Below are positions 44,808-49,519 of a stretch of 49,519 nucleotides of DNA, one piece after another; within the stretch, counting starts at the first letter, position 1; each line of letters starts with the position of its first letter. The stretch is taken from positions 1 through 49,519 of the forward strand of contig JAGWGY010000002.1 of assembly GCA_028867115.1 (NCBI GenBank), written 5' to 3'. This DNA is from Candidatus Micrarchaeota archaeon. Its GTDB lineage: Archaea > Micrarchaeota > Micrarchaeia > Micrarchaeales > CABMGC01. The notes under the pieces were generated by a model. It ran no database searches. It was not told the origin of the DNA and worked only from the letters and a program-made list of their open reading frames with translations. A program made the translations under genes and the position numbers.

Positions 44808-45589
44808 TGAACTATTCGATGAACATCAAAGGAGAGTTCGCAATGGCGCGTCGCGGCAGCATCAACGCCAGCTACAAGGACCTTGCGATGGTCTGCAACG
44901 CGATCCGCTACATGCGAGTCTCAAGGGCGATGCCAACGCTTGACCAGATAATCTCGATGCGCATGCCGGTATTCTATCCGAAGTACAACAAGCGCCTCGG
45001 AGCAAGGCACGAGCTGCACGGCAGGAAGGGAAAGTACCCTATGAAGGCGGCAAAGGAGGTTAAGCTCGCGATACAGAACGCGATCGCAAGCGCGTACAAC
45101 AAGGGGATGCTCGATCCTGAGGAGCTGTTCATAGTCCACGCATCTGCAAACAAGACGATGACGATGAAGAGGCACCCAAGCAAGGGCGCGCTCTTCTGGG
45201 GACGAGGCATGTACGGCAGGGGGACGATAGTTAGCAGCGACCTCGAGCTCGCAAAGGTCGAGATAGCGCTCGGATACGGAAACGAGGAGACCCTCTCAAA
45301 GAACATGAAATACTTCATAAAGAGAAAGGACACGAAGCCAAGGTTTGCTGCAAAGGCAACGGCAAAGCCTGCTGCGAAGAAGCCTGCCGCCAAGCTCGTT
45401 GACGCTACAAAGCCAGAGGAGCTCAAGAAGGCAGCTGCTGCGATAAAGGAGAAGGTCGAGGCAAAGAAGGAGGAGCAGCACGTGCACACGCACGAGGGGC
45501 ACGACCATGCGCACGACCACTCTGAGGAGCAGAAGGGCTCGGCAAAGGGTGCCGCAGGGCCGGAGAGCAGAAAGGAGGGCCACAAGTGA
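44807..45589 (+). CDS. rpl22: 50S ribosomal protein uL22 with Lys/Ala- and His-rich C-terminal tail
   Basis: S.K....VC..IR, GKYP.KA, NA...A..KG, L.I.H..A; sits between rps19 and rps3. Confidence 0.92.
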   Translation: MNYSMNIKGEFAMARRGSINASYKDLAMVCNAIRYMRVSRAMPTLDQIISMRMPVFYPKYNKRLGARHELHGRKGKYPMKAAKEVKLAIQNAIASAYNKGMLDPEELFIVHASANKTMTMKRHPSKGALFWGRGMYGRGTIVSSDLELAKVEIALGYGNEETLSKNMKYFIKRKDTKPRFAAKATAKPAAKKPAAKLVDATKPEELKKAAAAIKEKVEAKKEEQHVHTHEGHDHAHDHSEEQKGSAKGAAGPESRKEGHK

Positions 45590-45593
45590 TATT

Positions 45594-46220
45594 ATGGTAA
45601 TCGAGAGAAAATTCCTGGAAGACGCAATGGTGAAGGCAAGGGTATCAAGGTACCTCGAGAAGACGCTCACAAGGGCAGGTTTCTCAAGGGTCGAGATACA
45701 GAAGACGCCTCTGCTCACAAGAATCACTGTCTACGTAACCACCCCCGGCAAGGTAATCGGAAGGGGAGGGGAGACGATAAACGCGCTAACTGACACGCTC
45801 AAGACAAAGTTCCATGTGGACAACCCTCAGATAAGCGTAGCGGAGGTGCAGAACCCGAAGCTCGAGCCAAGGCTTGTAGCAAGGTATGTCGCAAACTCAC
45901 TCGAGAGGGGCGCGAACGCAAGGTCTCTTCTTCACTCTGTGGTCAGGGACATAATGACAAACGGGGCGCTCGGTGCCGAGGTCATCGCATCAGGCAAGCT
46001 CGCGGCAAAGGGAGCAAAGAAGAGGAAGATCAAGGTGAGGCTCGGCTACATGCCGATGTCAGGAGACACGGTGAAGCTTGTTGATTCTGCTGCGGTTGCA
46101 GCCTACCCTAAGTACGGCGCAATCGGGATAAAGGTACGAATCGTCCAGCCTGGGACGGTATTCCCTGACAGGAAGGTGAAGCAGGTCGAGCTGCCAAAGA
46201 GCATCGCGACTGCGCGCTGA
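45594..46220 (+). CDS. rps3: 30S ribosomal protein uS3
   Basis: KH domain PGKVIGRGG, GA.G.E...SGK, G..GIKV.I. Confidence 0.96.
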   Translation: MVIERKFLEDAMVKARVSRYLEKTLTRAGFSRVEIQKTPLLTRITVYVTTPGKVIGRGGETINALTDTLKTKFHVDNPQISVAEVQNPKLEPRLVARYVANSLERGANARSLLHSVVRDIMTNGALGAEVIASGKLAAKGAKKRKIKVRLGYMPMSGDTVKLVDSAAVAAYPKYGAIGIKVRIVQPGTVFPDRKVKQVELPKSIATAR

Positions 46221-46257
46221 AGTCAGGTATTTATATCAGAAATGAGAAAATGATGTT

Positions 46258-46455
46258 ATGCACATAAAGGAACTGCGGGCAATGTCAAAAGAGGCGCTGG
46301 AAGCCAAGCTATCCGAGCTTGAGCTAGAGGTCAGCATAGAGCGCAGGAAGATCGCCTCTACAGGAGTTGCAAGCAAGAAGACCAAGGCCAGGGAGATGAA
46401 GAGGACAAAGGCGCAGATTCTAACCCTTCTTAACGAGCGAGGTGCCCGAAAGTAA
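46258..46455 (+). CDS. rpl29: 50S ribosomal protein uL29
   Basis: ELR.MS..L...L.EL; KR..A.ILT...E. Confidence 0.93.
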   Translation: MHIKELRAMSKEALEAKLSELELEVSIERRKIASTGVASKKTKAREMKRTKAQILTLLNERGARK

Positions 46456-46757
46456 TGGCTGAGATATGTCCCAAGTGCGGCCTGCCAAAGGAACTGTGCG
46501 TATGCGACGTCCTTGACAGGGAGACAACAAAGAAGATCAGAGTCTACAAGGAGAAGAAGAAGTTCCAGAAATATGCCACGATAGTCGAGGGTTTGCAGGG
46601 CGACGAGCTCGAAAGGACCGCAAAGGCGCTGAAGACAAGGCTTGCGTGCGGCGGAACCTACAAGAAGGGCGTAATAGAGCTTCAGGGGGACCACAAGGAC
46701 GCGGTGAAGAAGGAGCTGCTCGCGCTCGGATACCCAGAGAGCAGCATAGACGCCTGA
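46455..46757 (+). CDS. sui1: Translation initiation factor aIF1 (SUI1)
   Basis: CPKCGLP.ELCVC, LK..LACGGT, IELQGDH. Confidence 0.96.
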   Translation: MAEICPKCGLPKELCVCDVLDRETTKKIRVYKEKKKFQKYATIVEGLQGDELERTAKALKTRLACGGTYKKGVIELQGDHKDAVKKELLALGYPESSIDA

Positions 46758-46760
46758 ATC

Positions 46761-47213
46761 CTAAAAAATCAGCGAGTTTCCTACCTTATTTTTAATCTTG
46801 TCTACTTTGTCCTGAAGGTCTCTTAAGCCCTCTTTCATCTCATCTACATCTAGCCGCAAAAACAGCCCCTTGTAATCTCCTCCCCACAGTTTGGCGTTCT
46901 CCCAGATCTGCTCATTTCTATGTATCCTGTTTAGGCTAATGTTTACTCCAATCCTCCTAAGGAACTGCCCTGCAGCATTTGGCGAGGCGTTATAGAGCAC
47001 AAAGAGCTCCTGAATGTTCCCCTCTCCACAAATCTCATCGACGAACTTGCGTAGTCCCCCTTCCGTCCAGCTCTTGGACTCGTATTCAACGCGGTCAAGT
47101 AGCATCTTTTGGAACGCGCTCCTCTCATCACTCTCCCCTATGTTGTGGCATGCCTCGGAAACCCTGTCCTGCATCCTTCTTACAAACAAATTCTTTTCAG
47201 CAACATAAGCCAT
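46761..47213 (-). CDS. Hypothetical protein
   Basis: About 150-aa ORF convergent on sui1 and coupled to the upstream ORF. Confidence 0.6.
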   Translation of the reverse strand: MAYVAEKNLFVRRMQDRVSEACHNIGESDERSAFQKMLLDRVEYESKSWTEGGLRKFVDEICGEGNIQELFVLYNASPNAAGQFLRRIGVNISLNRIHRNEQIWENAKLWGGDYKGLFLRLDVDEMKEGLRDLQDKVDKIKNKVGNSLIF

Positions 47214-47221
47214 GAAAATCA

Positions 47222-47506
47222 CTAACTCCTTATAGCCTTTCGGACAGCCATCGCTACAAATCCCCGCGTGTCCCGAAGCTCACGGAGTATCTCCACTATG
47301 CGCCTGCTGTCGGTGTTGAAATCGGCTATAACGTCAACCTTTATTCCATCATAAACGCTCTCGGTCCTCTCCACCCTCCACGACCTGCTGCACTCCCTAA
47401 AGGATGCCGCCTTTTTCACAAGCCTGTTCTTCGCCATGAACCCCCCTTCCATGAGGACAGTGTATTTCTCAAGCTGCGCCTGCATCCTATCAAGCCAACT
47501 GCGCAT
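47222..47506 (-). CDS. Divergent stand-alone Lrp/AsnC ligand-binding (RAM)-like protein
   Basis: Ferredoxin-like pattern YTVLME / KNRLVKK / SRSWRV / DVIADF / IVEILRELRDT.GF. Confidence 0.45.
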   Translation of the reverse strand: MRSWLDRMQAQLEKYTVLMEGGFMAKNRLVKKAASFRECSRSWRVERTESVYDGIKVDVIADFNTDSRRIVEILRELRDTRGFVAMAVRKAIRS

Positions 47507-47592
47507 AGGCTGTTTATAGCCCTTGCCTATCTGTACGTATAAAACCTCCCCCTCATTTTATAAGGTTATAATAGCATGCTCAACTGACCGCA

Positions 47593-48294
47593 ATGCCAGA
47601 CGAAGACATCGAAGATATGATGAAGCAGGCCAAGGGGGAGGATAGGGGCCCAAAGACCCCCGAGGAGAAGGTGCTCGGTGAGAGGATCGACACAGACGAA
47701 TCCGGCACCCCCATAACCCGCGAGGGCAAGAAGCCCAAGCCATCGAACAGGTTCATGGTGATGTCGATCATCGGTATAATAATAACACTTGGGATAGTCG
47801 CACTGTTCCTCTCCTTCCTCTTTCCCAAGGCGCCGCCTCCCATCACCGCCCCGCAGAGCGGCACAGGGTGCGTGGCATATCCCGGGTTCAAGTGCGCAAA
47901 CCTGACCATGTCAAACAACGGCAACGTATCATTCCTCTTCTCCCAGACTTCAGGGAGTTACTACTACAATGTCGCGCTCACCTGCGCAGCAAACATCACC
48001 GCAATGGCAGCGCCAAACGTATCGAAGCTGATGGTAGCGGTACTTCCAAGCGGCGCAGCTAGCGCAGAGCCACCATCGACTATAAGGCTCCCTGGGCTAT
48101 CGTTGTATCTGTCAAGCGCGCAGAACGCGCATGTCACCGGGCTCAAGTGCTTCAACCAGTACGCCCTGCCGCTGGAGGGGATAGCGCACAACTTCTCAGG
48201 CGCTATCTGGGTTAACTACACCTACAACAACGCCCCTATAGGCCAGAGCAACCCTATGTACACCGCAGAAGCGGGGGTCTTCAGGATCGACTGA
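47593..48294 (+). CDS. Single-pass membrane glycoprotein with pilin-like Cys-paired extracellular domain
   Basis: Charged N-tail, TM, CVAYPGFKC...NGNVSF.FSQTSG; multiple N-x-S/T sequons. Confidence 0.65.
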   Translation: MPDEDIEDMMKQAKGEDRGPKTPEEKVLGERIDTDESGTPITREGKKPKPSNRFMVMSIIGIIITLGIVALFLSFLFPKAPPPITAPQSGTGCVAYPGFKCANLTMSNNGNVSFLFSQTSGSYYYNVALTCAANITAMAAPNVSKLMVAVLPSGAASAEPPSTIRLPGLSLYLSSAQNAHVTGLKCFNQYALPLEGIAHNFSGAIWVNYTYNNAPIGQSNPMYTAEAGVFRID

Positions 48295-48409
48295 GCCTGA
48301 AATTTAGAAAAAAGCAAGATTTTCATAGTATTTATTCTGGTTTTGTACGCTGTAATGCGAACACTTTCTCTGTCAACCTATAAAGTGGTGGCAATCCATA
48401 TTCTACCTC

Positions 48410-48600
48410 AAGCAGTGGTCTGATGGATACCTCAAAAGTATTCAACTCTCTGTCCTCAAGGCAGGGCGACCATTGCGCAACTTCAATGCAACCGGTGCGC
48501 GGCAATCCCTTTTATCCCTCCCTGTCGCTGCGCACCAGGGTTGCAATCCTTAGGCTTATACTTCTTCTGAAATGCGAACCTGTTCTTACAGGTGTGATAT
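48410..48600 (+). promoter_or_regulatory. Structured ~190-nt 5' leader (three-way junction, long hairpin, SD-covering hairpin)
   Basis: P1 GCAGTGGTC/GACCATTGC, P2 TGGATAC/GTATTCA, P3 CTCTGTC/GGCAGGG; hairpin 48487-48545; ACCTGT/ACAGGT next to the ATG; TATA CTATAAAG at 48378. Confidence 0.5.
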
Positions 48601-48921
48601 ATGGTGGGGCAAGAAAATACGAACAAGAGAGTGGAGAGGAGGGCTAAACGCAACGGCTTTCTCCTCCTGCGGCCGGCAGTTCCTGCGAACGCCGACAAGG
48701 TGGCAAGGGCGATAGCGCTCTGCAGGGGCGTGCGCGACGTCTTCGTCTCTAGCGGCGAGTACGCATTCGTCGTTGAGACTGACCAGCAGGAGCAGACGCA
48801 GAGCCTTGTCAGGAGGGCCGTGGGGCAGGTGCGCATCTGTGCAACAACGAACCATTACCTATACCGCAGGTCAAGGCAGCAGAGGGCGGGATTTGGTATA
48901 AAAGGGTTGCCTAGCAAGTAG
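48601..48921 (+). CDS. Stand-alone Lrp/AsnC ligand-binding domain protein
   Basis: GFLLLRP....ADKVARAI..CRGVRDVFVSSGEYAFVV. Confidence 0.7.
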   Translation: MVGQENTNKRVERRAKRNGFLLLRPAVPANADKVARAIALCRGVRDVFVSSGEYAFVVETDQQEQTQSLVRRAVGQVRICATTNHYLYRRSRQQRAGFGIKGLPSK

Positions 48922-48931
48922 TGTTGGTAGC

Positions 48932-49519
48932 ATGAGTGCGACGCCACAAGACGAAAAGAACGAGCTGGCGGAGAGGACAATCCTAAAGGACCTCAGCGTC
49001 AACGGAAGAAAGAGCATAGGCGCTATAGCGCGCAAGCTCAAGATGCCCAAGGCGACAGTCTACCAGATCTACAACAAGACCGTGGAGAAATACGGCCTGA
49101 AATTTGTTCCTGAACTCGCTTTTGAAGAAGCCTGGAGAGTTGAGTTATTGCAGGCATTTAAAAGAAAAGGCACAAAAAGAGAATTGCGTGAAGAAGTACT
49201 AGGCAAAGTTCCAGAGATAGGCTTCCAAGAATATCTAATATTTGTAAAATTTAACGGTAAAGAGCCTCACGATGAAGAACTTAAAGCAGCATTAGGCGAT
49301 TCCCATTTGCCTCAATACGTAGGGAAAGTACAAGGAGGGAATTACAATATTTTAATGTATGCTGTAACTAGAACATATTTAGAGCTGGAAGGATTCATTG
49401 CAACATTTGGTAAAAAATTAAAGAAATACCCTTTAACTATCAGTGCAACTAAGATATTTGTTAGTTTTGGTTATTTCCCTCTAAGAAATGATATTATAGA
49501 AAAGATTAACGTCCCTTCA
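48932..49519 (+). CDS. Lrp/AsnC family transcriptional regulator (runs off window end)
   Basis: Manual translation MSATPQD...ILKDLSVNGRKSIGAIARKLKMPKATVY...EKYGLKF...GFQEYLIFVKF...GYFPLR; 196 codons open to the end. Confidence 0.85.
   Translation, partial: MSATPQDEKNELAERTILKDLSVNGRKSIGAIARKLKMPKATVYQIYNKTVEKYGLKFVPELAFEEAWRVELLQAFKRKGTKRELREEVLGKVPEIGFQEYLIFVKFNGKEPHDEELKAALGDSHLPQYVGKVQGGNYNILMYAVTRTYLELEGFIATFGKKLKKYPLTISATKIFVSFGYFPLRNDIIEKINVPS

Noticed and set aside
25387..48472. 13-nt complementarity between the sRNA (UGGUCGCCUUGCC, 25387-25399) and the Lrp leader (GGCAGGGCGACCA, 48460-48472)
   Set aside because: It includes a G-U pair, both segments are partly locked in stems, and a match of this length could arise by chance.
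48412..48476. Hammerhead ribozyme (CUGAUG in a three-way junction)
   Set aside because: It lacks A9, the GAAA strand (UCAA instead) and a UH cleavage site.
48423..48647. 74-aa ORF across the Lrp leader
   Set aside because: It overlaps the RAM gene out of frame and looks non-protein-like; RNA structure explains the region better.
1..49519. Genome-wide stop-codon reassignment
   Set aside because: TAA, TAG and TGA all terminate conserved genes at the expected positions.

Overview
Core chromosomal segment of a DPANN archaeon, most likely Micrarchaeota, judged from the three-unit epsilon2-like tRNA splicing endonuclease, bacterial-type gyrase and archaeal information-processing genes. It holds about 60 CDSs. 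Translation: the uL3-uL4-uL23-uL2-uS19-uL22-uS3-uL29-aIF1 operon, eL15, eL42, aIF2-alpha, Pth2, Dph5, Taw1, EndA and Pcc1. Replication and repair: GyrA/B, GINS, PriS, RadA, Mre11, Lhr and Ogt. Amino-acid fermentation: ADP-forming acetate-CoA ligase alpha/beta, IlvE, an ArcE-like synthetase and a B12-binding mutase subunit. There are also nucleotide enzymes, four intronless tRNAs (Lys-CTT, iMet-CAT, Gly-CCC, Glu-TTC), a prepilin peptidase, two surface glycoproteins and about 10 orphan ORFs. No CRISPR array, IS element or provirus was seen. The most unusual signals are non-coding. (i) A TTCCRCTAHT box sits 8-10 bp upstream of five TATA boxes, and a related inverted ORB-like pair flanks an AT-rich tract next to gins. 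(ii) ACG and GCG codons occupy the usual SD-to-start position of pcc1 and acdA, and the initiator tRNA has C55. (iii) There are three structured RNA elements: a probable stand-alone sRNA and two switch-like leaders ahead of regulator genes. (iv) An Lrp gene shows a sharp codon-composition break at its domain boundary. (v) The tRNA genes look leaderless, and the usual RNase P protein gene slots are empty. All calls come from reading the sequence by eye; no database searches or folding computations were run.
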